Positions 22,267 through 33,008 are shown, counted from the stretch's first letter. The stretch is DNA of 64,000 nt from Promethearchaeota archaeon (GCA_048938105.1 JBHLMN010000010.1:152937-216936); one strand, 5' to 3'. Made by a program: numbers and translations. Notes: generated by a model not told the origin, from the letters alone.

Positions 22267-22551
22267 TTTAATTTCTATTGAAATTGCCTCCTAGGTCACT
22301 CAGTTGATTTTCTTATTGTACATTATTATTTTATAACACTTGTCTGTTAAGTCTAATAATTCACCAAATCCCCAGATTCCATGATTAGTCAATTGAATGG
22401 CTAGGGTTATCTCAACATTACCCTTATAAGGCATGGAAAATGGTTGATACCTGGCCTGCGCCTACTTTCGGGAGAGAAGCTAAATCACAGAGATCGATAT
22501 TGAGTAGATCACTCATTAGAATTAGCAGCCCTTTTTTTAATTAAATTTCAT

Positions 22552-23187
22552 TTAATCTTTTTCCCTACGCCGACGAAAAATAAGGATAATTATATTAAAA
22601 ATGCCAACACTAAAAAGAATTTCTAAAAAACTCACAGCAATAGTTTGTTTCTCTGTGTAGTAAGACACATTACTCCAGTGGGGAGGCCAATAAGTGGTTC
22701 CTAAGTAAATACCTGCATCAATTAAAATCTGGTCTGGATCGAACTCAAACCACTCTCCATCGGCTTCTAAGCTGATTTTTACTAGAGATTGACACTCAGA
22801 ACAGCTGAAATTATACGACCAGTACTTCTGAGGAGAGAGGATTAACGATAAATCCATGTTTAAAGTTAAATTTTCGGATTTCAAAAAACTCGGTACACCC
22901 CGTTCACCTATTTCCTCTATAGTAAGAATTAACTGATTTAGCGAGTGAATAGTCGTATCTAAATTAGCCACCCCTAATGTAATATGAGTTAAAGTAATTA
23001 CATCCCAGCAAGTAGTAGTTATGTTATCTCTAGAGAATTTACCAGAACACCAAGAAGTCTTTGAATCGAGAATTTGGACGTCGAATGGGCACTGTTGATT
23101 GGTTGCATATATCATATTACTTTGAATAAGAAGAGTCCCCAAAAAAAAGATAGAAAGGATTCCACTAGTTGTAAATTGCAACTTCAT
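22552..23187 (-). CDS. Secreted hypothetical protein with C-terminal TM and basic tail
   Basis: Signal peptide; terminal hydrophobic helix followed by RRRREKD. Confidence 0.7.
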   Translation of the reverse strand: MKLQFTTSGILSIFFLGTLLIQSNMIYATNQQCPFDVQILDSKTSWCSGKFSRDNITTTCWDVITLTHITLGVANLDTTIHSLNQLILTIEEIGERGVPSFLKSENLTLNMDLSLILSPQKYWSYNFSCSECQSLVKISLEADGEWFEFDPDQILIDAGIYLGTTYWPPHWSNVSYYTEKQTIAVSFLEILFSVGIFNIIILIFRRRREKD

Positions 23188-23461
23188 GACATTTCGAATC
23201 CTTTAATTTCTTTGGTAAATTTCCGTTGAATTTAATTTTTTGTTTCGAAATTAGATAGTATATCCTTTTTATAGATAACTTTTAATGAAGTTTCGTTGAT
23301 TTCGTTTAACTTGAGTATTTCTATTTTCATAAAAAAAATTCTCTCATTAAAACGAAAAGAGTTCTTATCCTTTAACTTATATATACGAATATCTTTCATA
23401 TTGAGAGCTCCTAGAACGAACTTCTTTGTGAGATCATCTAAAAGATTGGATTGGAATAAAC

Positions 23462-24580
23462 ATGGGAGATTCCTGTGAACAGTTTGATATTGTTATTATA
23501 GGCGCAGGTCCAGGTGGAACTAGCGCAGCAATCCATGCAGCACAGCATGGATTCTCAACGTGTCTATTGGAAAAAGAAATATTGGGTCGAACAGGGAGAT
23601 ACAAGGCCTGTGGTGGGGCATTAGATTGGAACCTCGTCCAACAACTTGATTATCCCGAAGAGAAGATTGAGCGAATTGTTGACTCCTTAGAGCTCCATCA
23701 TGTAGATGGGGAAATATATTTAAAAACAGGAAAAGGAGCGGTGGTGTGGCGGAGTCTATTTGATAAATATCTAACCGACATTGCGGTTGAAAATGGCTCA
23801 AAATTAAAGGAAAATGAACCACTAGTTGCAATAGAAAAAGAGGGGATGTATTACACTGTTTTCACAAAGAACAGAAAATACCAGACAAAATACGTTATTG
23901 CTGCAGATGGGGTCTCTTCACCAACTTTAAGGACGCTGAGATGGCCCCGTTTTGCGCGAGAAGATTTAATTTTAACTATCACACAAGAGATGAAGACAAC
24001 TAGGCAACACATGGAAGAAAACTTGGGGAGTAGTACATTACATTTGTTTTTTAGCATTAAACAGCTCAGTCATCTCGGCTATGCATGGTTATTTCCCAAA
24101 AAGCAGGTCGTTACTGTAGGTTGGGGAAACCAACTAATAAGAGTTAAACACCCCAGAGAAAAAATCAAACCATTCCTTGAGTTACCACTGGTCAAAGAAG
24201 TAATAAAAAATTCATCACTAGACCTATTTAAAGCCCACCTAATTCCAGTGGGGTTGAGATCACAGCTTTACAAGGAGAACGTGTTTGCTGTAGGTGATGC
24301 AGGAGGACTAGTGGATCCTATCAGCGGGAAAGGAATCCCTTATACCATAAGATCAGGCCAAATTGCCATTGAATCAATCAAAATGTGTGAAAACAAGGAT
24401 GTCCCAGAGCAACTAGGAATTCAGTATGAAAATACATTAGAAAAGCACTTTCTTCAGGTGTTAAAAGCAAAAAGACTAGCTCGAGATCGGATCTATCAAA
24501 ATGAGGAGACGTTAAAGCAGTTTTTAGCGCTCTGGGAAAAGCATCGGAGTTCAGAAATCGTCAGAAGAGGATTGATTTAA
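23462..24580 (+). CDS. Geranylgeranyl reductase family FAD oxidoreductase
   Basis: GAGPGG, KACGG, AADG, GYAWLFPK and GDAGGLVDPISGKGI motifs. Confidence 0.9.
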   Translation: MGDSCEQFDIVIIGAGPGGTSAAIHAAQHGFSTCLLEKEILGRTGRYKACGGALDWNLVQQLDYPEEKIERIVDSLELHHVDGEIYLKTGKGAVVWRSLFDKYLTDIAVENGSKLKENEPLVAIEKEGMYYTVFTKNRKYQTKYVIAADGVSSPTLRTLRWPRFAREDLILTITQEMKTTRQHMEENLGSSTLHLFFSIKQLSHLGYAWLFPKKQVVTVGWGNQLIRVKHPREKIKPFLELPLVKEVIKNSSLDLFKAHLIPVGLRSQLYKENVFAVGDAGGLVDPISGKGIPYTIRSGQIAIESIKMCENKDVPEQLGIQYENTLEKHFLQVLKAKRLARDRIYQNEETLKQFLALWEKHRSSEIVRRGLI

Positions 24581-24686
24581 CTTGAAAATATTTTATCTAG
24601 ATTAGGGAAGACAATCAGAAGAAAAAGAGTAATAAAGATCTCCCAATCTTGATGTTGAAAGTCAAGAATAAATTTACAGCCTATTC

Positions 24687-24950
24687 TTAACAACATACCT
24701 GTTTCAATTCTTGTCTTAGTAATTTTCTGATTTTAGTTTTCAAAACTCCACTTATACATCCACATCCAAGTGGATGTGTTAAGATTGCATTTGATGGACA
24801 TTGTAACTCGCAAGCACCACATTCTATACATTTATCTCCTTCTATGATTGTAGCTTTCTTATTTTCATCAAAAATAATTATTTGATGAGGACAAACATCG
24901 ATACACCATCCACACCCAATACACTGATCTTGGAATATTTGTGCTGTCAA
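24687..24950 (-). CDS. 2x[4Fe-4S] ferredoxin, HgcB-like
   Basis: CIGCGWCIDVCP and CIECGACELQCP, extra GCGC and terminal CC; directly downstream of the hgcA-like gene. Confidence 0.8.
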   Translation of the reverse strand: MTAQIFQDQCIGCGWCIDVCPHQIIIFDENKKATIIEGDKCIECGACELQCPSNAILTHPLGCGCISGVLKTKIRKLLRQELKQVCC

Positions 24951-24966
24951 ACTAATTTCTCCTTGT

Positions 24967-26631
24967 TTAAAATAAATACATTATTGGAGGAAATAACGCT
25001 GGTACTATTAATGCAATCACACTTAAAACAATAGCAGGAATAGAAAAGAGAACTAAATCACTCTCTACATCCAAATGATTTGTATAAGGTGTATTGCCAG
25101 CAAAATCTAAACCTATGAACATACTAACAAGTAATGTTAATGCAATCCAGAAAATTAAATTTGGCAACGATATACCTGGATCTTGCACCACCATATAGAT
25201 AATTACGGTGATTACACTTCCTAAACCAAAAATAACTCCTTTAGTAAAGAAGGAATTGGTGAAATTAAAAAGCGGGTATATCCATGCAAAAAGCATTGAT
25301 AAGACTATTCCGAGGGCCATGAGGCGAAGGATAACATTAAACCAAAAAACTGCCCCTATAACTTGAAAAAACATTAGTATTGCTGCTAAAAGCATTAGTG
25401 GGAAGAAAAAAGTTACCAAAATAAAGAAAGAATGCTGTAAACCCATCAAAGTCCTAAAGGAGAATTGAAATTTTACCTTGGCATGATTTTTTTCCTTTTT
25501 CTGCGACCTAAGAAATGAATTTAAATCATCAATATATACAGGACCGAATCTTGGTTTCCATCCCTGTTTCTTTAGCTCTTTATGATCTACTCCTGTAGCT
25601 GAAAGCTGAGGTAGTGTTATCTCCTTATGATTCACATGTTCATCTACATCAAAAAGCCTCAGGGCGTCGGAAATCTGAGAATGAGTGAAATGCTTCCCTC
25701 CAGCGGCACACCATACATTAATCCCACTAGAATCAACTATTAAAACATAACATGTAATGTTCTGTTTAACTAGCGATCGCCAAACTGCCCATACAGTCCA
25801 GTAATAATTCCCTGTAATTAGAAGTGGTGATTGAGGAGAAGGTGTTCCAACGGTGTACAATCCTGGTGAAATTGATTTTCGGGTAAATATTCCATTGAGA
25901 ATGCACCAAGCCACTTTTAATCCCTTAAAGTGTTTTCCTAATACTGTTTCAAATGAAGATATTGGCTTAATTCGAATTTCTGTGGCTAGCTTTGGCTGAC
26001 ATTCAAAAAATTTTATGGGACTCTTTTCATAGAGTAGTTTGAATGAAAAAAACGGGGTAAGTAACGATTCGAAATCTTTAATCGGGTGTGTGGAGACGAT
26101 ATTCTTCATTATGCTTAATTGCGAATTCATAAAATGCTTGAATGAGAAGACGAGTTTTTTGAAAGAAGATGTAGGATAACTGTCAGCTGCAATAAACATT
26201 GTCCCCGATTCTTTTAATAATTGAGCTGTTTGCTTCAGAAAAAGTTTTTGCCTAAGAGGTGAAAATTCGGAAAGCGCAAAAGTTGATATTATCACGTCAA
26301 ATTTACCAATATTCTTTAACTTATTAAATATCTGATATGATACAAAATCACCCTGAATAAAGTCAATATCAACGTTTTCTGTAATTGATTTTTCCTTTGC
26401 ATAGGCTATCATTTCTGCTGAAATATCCACTGCAGTTAATTTTAATCCTCTTTTTCGAAGGTAAACTGCTAACTGGCCAGTCCCACAACCAATTTCAAGA
26501 ATGTGGCCTTGGACTCCTATTCTCTCTTTAATCATTTCATAAATTAGTTGTGATTCGGGAAAGAGTTTATGAAATTCCTCATCATAACTTTCAGGTTTTT
26601 TTTCAAGGATTTTCATATAAATAAGACTCAT
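24967..26631 (-). CDS. Class I SAM methyltransferase fused to an HgcA/CdhE-like corrinoid domain and TM domain
   Basis: LEIGCGTG and VDIS..M; PGLY.VG.P...P.L.TGNY; GINVWCAAGG; LPQLSATGV; FGPV; C-terminal TMs. Confidence 0.85.
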   Translation of the reverse strand: MSLIYMKILEKKPESYDEEFHKLFPESQLIYEMIKERIGVQGHILEIGCGTGQLAVYLRKRGLKLTAVDISAEMIAYAKEKSITENVDIDFIQGDFVSYQIFNKLKNIGKFDVIISTFALSEFSPLRQKLFLKQTAQLLKESGTMFIAADSYPTSSFKKLVFSFKHFMNSQLSIMKNIVSTHPIKDFESLLTPFFSFKLLYEKSPIKFFECQPKLATEIRIKPISSFETVLGKHFKGLKVAWCILNGIFTRKSISPGLYTVGTPSPQSPLLITGNYYWTVWAVWRSLVKQNITCYVLIVDSSGINVWCAAGGKHFTHSQISDALRLFDVDEHVNHKEITLPQLSATGVDHKELKKQGWKPRFGPVYIDDLNSFLRSQKKEKNHAKVKFQFSFRTLMGLQHSFFILVTFFFPLMLLAAILMFFQVIGAVFWFNVILRLMALGIVLSMLFAWIYPLFNFTNSFFTKGVIFGLGSVITVIIYMVVQDPGISLPNLIFWIALTLLVSMFIGLDFAGNTPYTNHLDVESDLVLFSIPAIVLSVIALIVPALFPPIMYLF

Positions 26632-26821
26632 TCTTATTCAATTCCACTAGGTCTCTTATAAAATTGAATCAGCTTTAAAATGAATACTACTCTTCTAAAC
26701 TTCTTTCAGCTATAAATTAGTTCCTGCCCGAAACTCGAAAGCATGATTTTTATGTTCTTCATAAAGAAGTTCTATGTTTTCAAAGCCTTCATTAATGAAT
26801 AGCTCTATTTTTAAGAATTGT

Positions 26822-27817
26822 TTAAAGTATAAATGAGATATTTAAGCCCACAAAGAGAAAGAAAATTATAAAAAAGAGGACTCCTGTTGATGTGGACATA
26901 TTCTTCCTAATGAGATTAAAAACGAGTAATATCAAGATAATGAAACAGAGTATTGAGCTAAAGACCATAATTGCCTCAAATTCAAATTGAATGATAATTA
27001 GCCCACAGATCCCAAAAATGAGTGTAGTATTCCATAAAATCTTTCCAATCTGGGCACTTATTCCGAGTTCAGTTTGACCTTTTTGAATCGATTTGACGAT
27101 TAACCAAAATTCTTCGACATTAGTGACAAACGCCATAATGATGAGGCCAAAAAAGGTTTCAGATAACCCTGTGAAAAGGACTAGTTGCTCCGCGCTCGTC
27201 ACTAAAGTCTCACCACCAAGAAAAATAACTACAAGAGAGAAAAGAATTTTAAAAGCAATCATGAGCCTGTGATCTTCTTCTCCCTCGTCATCATCTGCAG
27301 GTCTACTTGCGTTAACTTGATCTTTTGCCTCCTGTGTTGATAAGAATTCACGATACTTGTTCTGAACTTTAACGCTGTTAATAACATAAGTACCAAAAAT
27401 AGCCAAATTTATTAGCGCAAATAGGAGAAGAAAATGGGGGAGTATCATAGAAATTGTAATTGAGATGCCTCCAATGAGTAAAAGACTATAATAGAACAAA
27501 GGGATTTGCTGGAAGTCAAATTTGAGAAATAATGCAGGAAGCCCAAAAGCGATCGCCACAGCTATTATCGTGTTACCAATTAAATTTCCCAGAGAAAGAT
27601 AGGGAAACCCACTAGAAGCAGCGATCAATGACACAATACTCTCTTCTAGATCAACCCCCAAAATAAACATGCCTACAATAACAGGGGAGATAGTATATAC
27701 TTCACTAAAATCTTCTAACAGATCGATAATATAATCTGCAAAGAAATATATCACTACATAACCAATGAGAAACAAAATAACCCAGAATAAGAGTTCTAGA
27801 TTCATAACCCATAACAA
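26822..27817 (-). CDS. Na+/Ca2+ exchanger (CaCA) family antiporter
   Basis: GNLIGN alpha repeat; GLSETFFGL...TNVEE; two TM halves with an acidic loop. Confidence 0.85.
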   Translation of the reverse strand: MLWVMNLELLFWVILFLIGYVVIYFFADYIIDLLEDFSEVYTISPVIVGMFILGVDLEESIVSLIAASSGFPYLSLGNLIGNTIIAVAIAFGLPALFLKFDFQQIPLFYYSLLLIGGISITISMILPHFLLLFALINLAIFGTYVINSVKVQNKYREFLSTQEAKDQVNASRPADDDEGEEDHRLMIAFKILFSLVVIFLGGETLVTSAEQLVLFTGLSETFFGLIIMAFVTNVEEFWLIVKSIQKGQTELGISAQIGKILWNTTLIFGICGLIIIQFEFEAIMVFSSILCFIILILLVFNLIRKNMSTSTGVLFFIIFFLFVGLNISFIL

Positions 27818-27910
27818 TTAACCTATTGCTTTATTCTTTTTGCCTTAAAAGTTATGTAATTAATAGGGTAAAGTCTCCAAGACTTTACGACTGCTTGTTC
27901 TTGGAGTTCA

Positions 27911-28180
27911 GTGTGGTCATTTCAGATTAATATGACCTCAACATCAACTACAATCCCAAAAACAACTACGAGTGAAGAAATAATTTCCCCCACTACCACA
28001 TGGACTCGTGAAACAACCCCAGCAACTTCTCCTGCAACAACTCGTGAAACTTCTGAAAAAAAATCGGCCCCGCAAATTGCTGCACTAGACCCAGGTATTA
28101 TTCCACTTGCGGTTAGTGGAATGATCCATGGTGGTAGTATAGCAATAGGAGTGTATGCTATCAAAAGAAAAGTACGTTAA
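27911..28180 (+). pseudogene. Orphan C-terminus of a surface protein (Thr-rich linker, TM and basic tail)
   Basis: Only linker and anchor are present; no signal peptide or ectodomain. Confidence 0.45.
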
Positions 28181-28422
28181 AAGATTATAAGCTCATGGGA
28201 TCTCCAAGAACATTAGTCATATTACACTCCTACTGCTTTATAATCCATTTCACTTAACCTTTTGGTTTACGAATAACCTGAGGTAACATAACAGTCAACC
28301 AAAACCGCAGATTGCTACTAATATAAGCTCTGACTTACGATTTACTCAAAAATATCTTTTTTTAACTAGAAAAAATGAATTGTACCATAGTAGAAAGAGT
28401 CTAAAGGAAGAGTATATTAACA

Positions 28423-29286
28423 ATGGATAATTTATCTGATGTACAAATTAAAAACATTCTTCTTCCAGTGGATAGATATCATCCCTCTCTTCACGCAATC
28501 GAATTTTGTGTGCTTCTAGCAAAAAAATATGATTCGAAAGTGAAAGTTCTGCATGTTGTTCCAGAAAATATGATTCGATCGCTTTCTGATTCAGATTTGC
28601 AGCATAGATTGAAGGATGAACTTAAAGGTCACTTAGAACAAAGTGGAAGAATAGCGATTAGCAATGCAAAAGCTATTTTCACTGAAGAAGGCATCCCAGT
28701 TGAAACAACCCTTATTGAATTTGGAAATCCCACAAAAACAATTCTTAATATGTCTAGTAACTATGATTTAATTGTAATAGGTGTAAATGGTGAAGTGGGA
28801 TATAATATAGGTTCAGTGCTAAAAGAGGTTCTTAATAATAGTCACAGTAATGTTTTAGCAATTAAAGGAAAGAAACCTTGTAATAATGTTCTTGTAGGTT
28901 ATGATGGTTCTGAAGATTCAAAAATGGCCTTAAAATATGCCAGTGATATTTGTCAGAAATTTAGTGCTTCATTATTAATTGCTAATGCAACAAAATCAAT
29001 CTTACCAGTGATAAGAACAGGTGTAACCAAAAAAAGGTCTGAAGCTCTTTTAAACGAAGCAAAAAGATTAATAGAGAATGTTGATATAGACATTAAATTG
29101 CAGACAATAGCTCAAAAACCAGCTCAGGGATTAAAGAAAATCGCAGAGAAAGAAAATGTAGATTTAATTGTAATTGGAAACAAGGGGAGAAGTATGATTA
29201 ATAGACTTGTTATGGGATCAGTAAGTAAGAAAATAAATAAAAATGCAAAGATATCAGTGCTTACTGTAGGCACATTTGGAAACTAA
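28423..29286 (+). CDS. Tandem universal stress protein (UspA x2)
   Basis: ILLPVD, VLVGYDGSEDS and DLIVIG..G.S...VMGSVS motifs. Confidence 0.92.
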   Translation: MDNLSDVQIKNILLPVDRYHPSLHAIEFCVLLAKKYDSKVKVLHVVPENMIRSLSDSDLQHRLKDELKGHLEQSGRIAISNAKAIFTEEGIPVETTLIEFGNPTKTILNMSSNYDLIVIGVNGEVGYNIGSVLKEVLNNSHSNVLAIKGKKPCNNVLVGYDGSEDSKMALKYASDICQKFSASLLIANATKSILPVIRTGVTKKRSEALLNEAKRLIENVDIDIKLQTIAQKPAQGLKKIAEKENVDLIVIGNKGRSMINRLVMGSVSKKINKNAKISVLTVGTFGN

Positions 29287-29430
29287 GGAACTCTTTAATG
29301 TTTCACATTGACCAAGTTTTGAGATCGAAGGAGGTAGCTCTATGTTTATACATCCTTACTTATTCACTAAATCCTTTAGATTAACCTCAAGAAACAAAGA
29401 TAGAAAGTTTAAACAAGGAAGACATGCAGA

Positions 29431-30948
29431 ATGCTGACCACACACAAAATGTTTGAAGAGATATTCAAAATAGCTGATGATGGGATCCCAGAGTTTAAAA
29501 CTTATTTCAACGGGACATGGGCTTTTGATGACAGATTTCTGGATATAAAAAGTCCTATAGATGGGAAAATCATTGCACGTATACCCCAACTATCTGAAGA
29601 TAAAATTACCACGGCAATTGAAGCAGCGTATACGAAAGGAAAAGAAGAGATTCGAAGTTACCCAGGGGAAAAGAGAGTCAGCAATTTCTTGAAAGCAGCA
29701 GAACTAATGAAAGAAGCTTTTGAAGATTTTGTGAATGTCCTCATTTTAGATACGGGTAAACCTCGGCAGAAGAATGCTGAAGGGGAAGTCAAAGCAACAA
29801 TTGAACGCCTAGAAAGGACAACTATGGAAAGCACACGGTTAATTGGAGAATTTATCCCCGGAGATTGGAGTGATGAAACACTTGAGACTCAAGGAATAGT
29901 TAAAAGGGAACCATTCGGTGTGGTTTTAACAATTGGTCCGTTTAATTATCCTCTATTCATCCCTGCCACTAAAATTATCCCTGCTCTGCTTGTCGGTAAT
30001 GCAATAATATTAAAACCAGCTTCAGTAGCTCCACTAGCACCATTGATGTTTACAAGGATATTAGAGCTGGCTGGCTTTCCCAAACATAGCTTTACTACCT
30101 TAACACTTAGGGGTAGCGATACTAATATGTTAGTACAAAGTGGTAAAATCTGTGCGATCAGTTTTACTGGTAGTACCCAAATCGGAGCAGAAATTATCAG
30201 AAATGCTGGTATTAAAGCATTTCACCTGGAACTGGGAGGTAAGGATCCAGCAATCGTTCTAAATGATTCTGATCTTGGAACTACGGTTAACAAACTAGTA
30301 AAAGGAATAGTGAGTTACTCTGGACAACGGTGTGACGCAATACGATTGATACTGGTCGAAAAGCAGGTACATGATCAAGTAAAGAGTATGTTAATTGACC
30401 AATTAATGAATATATCCCCTAAGAATCCCCTTGAAGATACTTCAGCCATTATGGGGCCAGTAATTGATGAAAAAAGTGCTCTGTTCATTGAGGAAGTCTA
30501 TAATGATGCCATTGATAAAGGCGCCAAACCATTACTTAAACTCAAACGTACGAGGAATTATGTCTGGCCTCTCCTATTAGAGGTTACAAAAAGTATACTT
30601 CCTACCCTTAAGGCGTTTCAAGAAGATGTTTTTGGTCCATTAACTCTGATGCTTAAAGTTCAGGATGAAGATGAAGCAATTGAAATCGCCAACTCCTCTA
30701 AATTTGGCTTAGATGCTTCAATCTTTGGGCAAGATGGATCTCGAATAAGAAAAATTGCTCGGAAACTCCAGGTTGGTGCAGTGTTCATTAATGAGTATCC
30801 TCGTCATGGAATTGGCTATTATCCGTTTGGAGGTATGAAGCAGAGTGGGATTGGCAGAGAGGGAATCGGCTATTCCACCTGGCAATTGACTACAACCAAA
30901 ACAATAGTCCACAATTTCAAAGGCTATGGTGTGTGGGAGTACCTTTGA
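29431..30948 (+). CDS. gapN: Non-phosphorylating NADP-dependent glyceraldehyde-3-phosphate dehydrogenase (ALDH family)
   Basis: PFNYPL, FTGST, ELGGKD and SGQRCDA; IPGDWS and PRHGIGYYPFGG as in archaeal GAPN. Confidence 0.85.
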   Translation: MLTTHKMFEEIFKIADDGIPEFKTYFNGTWAFDDRFLDIKSPIDGKIIARIPQLSEDKITTAIEAAYTKGKEEIRSYPGEKRVSNFLKAAELMKEAFEDFVNVLILDTGKPRQKNAEGEVKATIERLERTTMESTRLIGEFIPGDWSDETLETQGIVKREPFGVVLTIGPFNYPLFIPATKIIPALLVGNAIILKPASVAPLAPLMFTRILELAGFPKHSFTTLTLRGSDTNMLVQSGKICAISFTGSTQIGAEIIRNAGIKAFHLELGGKDPAIVLNDSDLGTTVNKLVKGIVSYSGQRCDAIRLILVEKQVHDQVKSMLIDQLMNISPKNPLEDTSAIMGPVIDEKSALFIEEVYNDAIDKGAKPLLKLKRTRNYVWPLLLEVTKSILPTLKAFQEDVFGPLTLMLKVQDEDEAIEIANSSKFGLDASIFGQDGSRIRKIARKLQVGAVFINEYPRHGIGYYPFGGMKQSGIGREGIGYSTWQLTTTKTIVHNFKGYGVWEYL

Positions 30949-31259
30949 AAATCTAATACGTGAATTCAATAATTACGACAAAACAAAGAGTAAATATTCG
31001 AATTTGACTCTACGAGGAGGTAAATCTGGATTCGGAGGAGGAAGATCCACCATCATCTCATGATCAACCTATGAGTCGTTTTCTAATCCTAGAATTATTT
31101 TTGTTTGCCACAGATAAATTATATCAAATGCAATGTCCAAGTCAAAGGTGTTTTGAAAAACGGGGGTGTTGGGAAATTAGAAATAGAGAACGAAATAAAT
31201 TTAAGCCTTTTTTTCTAATCAATCCATTTTCATCGAAGGTATCTGTTGCGAATGTGAAT

Positions 31260-31739
31260 CTAACTTGTTAGTTTTTTAGTGATATGGAAATAGAATTGTA
31301 TCACTAGTACCATTGTGACAACCAAGCTTAATAATCCAATAATTGCAGCATGACCAGGCATGTTCATTATTAGAAGAATTAATATCGAAAAAAGATTCAA
31401 AGTTAGAAAAGAAAGCAAGATAAACACATTTGGTACAGCTTTTCCCCGAATAAAATAATGATCCAGCATTATAGAGATAGGGATTTTTTTGATCGTAGAA
31501 TAAGGTTCAGTGATTTTATACTTACTACCTACTAATTGTTCAATAATGTTATGCTGTATCAGTTTATTAAGATGCCAGTGAACACTACTGGGGCTAGAAA
31601 ACTCTAATGCTCTCTGAATTTCTCGGACACCGAGGGGTTTATCCTTAAGGCGCAGATAGATGAACACTCGAGCTGTAGTTGTGTTAGAAAAAAGATTGTC
31701 TAATATTTTTGTTTCTACTAAGGTCATATTACTTTTCAC
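31260..31739 (-). CDS. Winged-helix regulator with two C-terminal TMs
   Basis: PLGVREIQRAL.FSSPSSVHWHLNKL. Confidence 0.8.
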   Translation of the reverse strand: MKSNMTLVETKILDNLFSNTTTARVFIYLRLKDKPLGVREIQRALEFSSPSSVHWHLNKLIQHNIIEQLVGSKYKITEPYSTIKKIPISIMLDHYFIRGKAVPNVFILLSFLTLNLFSILILLIMNMPGHAAIIGLLSLVVTMVLVIQFYFHITKKLTS

Positions 31740-31781
31740 CTAGTTAATATTGTAAGACAATAGGTTGGCTAGGTGACTTCT

Positions 31782-32612
31782 TCAGGCTAGATATTGCCGT
31801 AAAGTACTATTTAATGTAATGAAATAAGGTTGAGCGAACACTTGTTCAAGATTATCTAATTTTAAAAAATAGTACCTCTCAGTTTTGATATTACCCCATG
31901 TCACATTATAAGTAGCAACTCCAGCCATCCAATTCCAGGAAGGTATAGAATGATGTATTATTCCATTTTCATTCTCATATTCAATTGATAATTTACCTTT
32001 ATAGTGACGAACGCTCATAATGATACCCTCATTAAAATACCCTATGTAAATGTAGACGTTTTGCATTCCATAATAGACGGTGTAGATGCTTGGAATCCGA
32101 GAAACAAAAGAATTTGTGTCAAGTTCAATTTCTTCAACAAGGTATTCTTCTAAAGTGATCGGAATACCATTAGTGATGATTATATCTACTGTTTCCCGAA
32201 ATGATTGGCATAATTCCTCGAGATCAGTTTGACTTATATCAAATTGAGTTTGATTTGAGTCCAATCTATCATTATCAGTTAAATTGATGAATTTTATCTT
32301 ATCAAAATGACGATTAAAAGTAGTCCACTTTTCAGTTGTTGAGTTATACAATGTTCTAACAGCTGTAATATTATCATACCACACAGTAGTATTAAACCAC
32401 CTAGTCATCATATTTCCATCATGATAGTCATAGTAACAGATTTTATTTCCCATGTAATATGGTAATTCATCTTGATTAATCCATTTTTGAAGATCAACTG
32501 GAGTGTCGATTAACCTTGGAGCAAATAAAATATTACTAAATCCAAGTCCGGCAATTAATACGATAATAAATAAAACAAAACCTACTGCCACAGATTTTAC
32601 AATGGTCTTCAT
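31782..32612 (-). CDS. Hypothetical membrane-anchored protein
   Basis: 276 aa ORF with N-terminal TM. Confidence 0.7.
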   Translation of the reverse strand: MKTIVKSVAVGFVLFIIVLIAGLGFSNILFAPRLIDTPVDLQKWINQDELPYYMGNKICYYDYHDGNMMTRWFNTTVWYDNITAVRTLYNSTTEKWTTFNRHFDKIKFINLTDNDRLDSNQTQFDISQTDLEELCQSFRETVDIIITNGIPITLEEYLVEEIELDTNSFVSRIPSIYTVYYGMQNVYIYIGYFNEGIIMSVRHYKGKLSIEYENENGIIHHSIPSWNWMAGVATYNVTWGNIKTERYYFLKLDNLEQVFAQPYFITLNSTLRQYLA

Positions 32613-32694
32613 ATTAAATTTCCTCTTAATTGAAAAGTAAAGACTTCTTCAGACTGTGTTACTCAATAATCAAGATGTATATAAATACACACAT

Positions 32695-32742
32695 TGAACA
32701 CTCGTGTACATGGCTTGAACATTAATGTACACTCCCTGAACA
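32695..32742. promoter_or_regulatory. Five helically phased TGWACA hexamers (putative operator array)
   Basis: Hexamers at 32695, 32705, 32716, 32726 and 32737. Confidence 0.5.
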
Positions 32743-32822
32743 GTATCTAAAAGATGATCTTAAATCAGATTTACTGGGTATAAACCATTAGGAAATAATA
32801 TTAGGCATAGGGAAGAATAGAA

Positions 32823-33008
32823 ATGAGTTCTAGATCTTCGTATTATCACACTCCCAAAGGTAAAGAAATTATGAGAGAAGCTCAGAAGCGATATGACCAA
32901 ACATCTAAAGGAAAAGCAGCTAGGAAAAGAGCTTCAGAAAAGCAAAGGAAAAAACTCAAAGAAGATCCTGAATATAGAGAAAAAAGAAGGGAATACAATA
33001 AACAATAG
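32823..33008 (+). CDS. Small basic helical protein
   Basis: Repeated Y..T.KGK motif; K/R-rich. Confidence 0.5.
   Translation: MSSRSSYYHTPKGKEIMREAQKRYDQTSKGKAARKRASEKQRKKLKEDPEYREKRREYNKQ

Noticed and set aside
28200-28227. Possible dif-like site ATCTCCAAGAA-CATTAG-TCATATTACAC, and similar weak matches at 41487-41514, 50567-50594 and ~51138-51165
   Set aside because: Spacer and arms are too divergent to separate from chance in AT-rich DNA without a PWM
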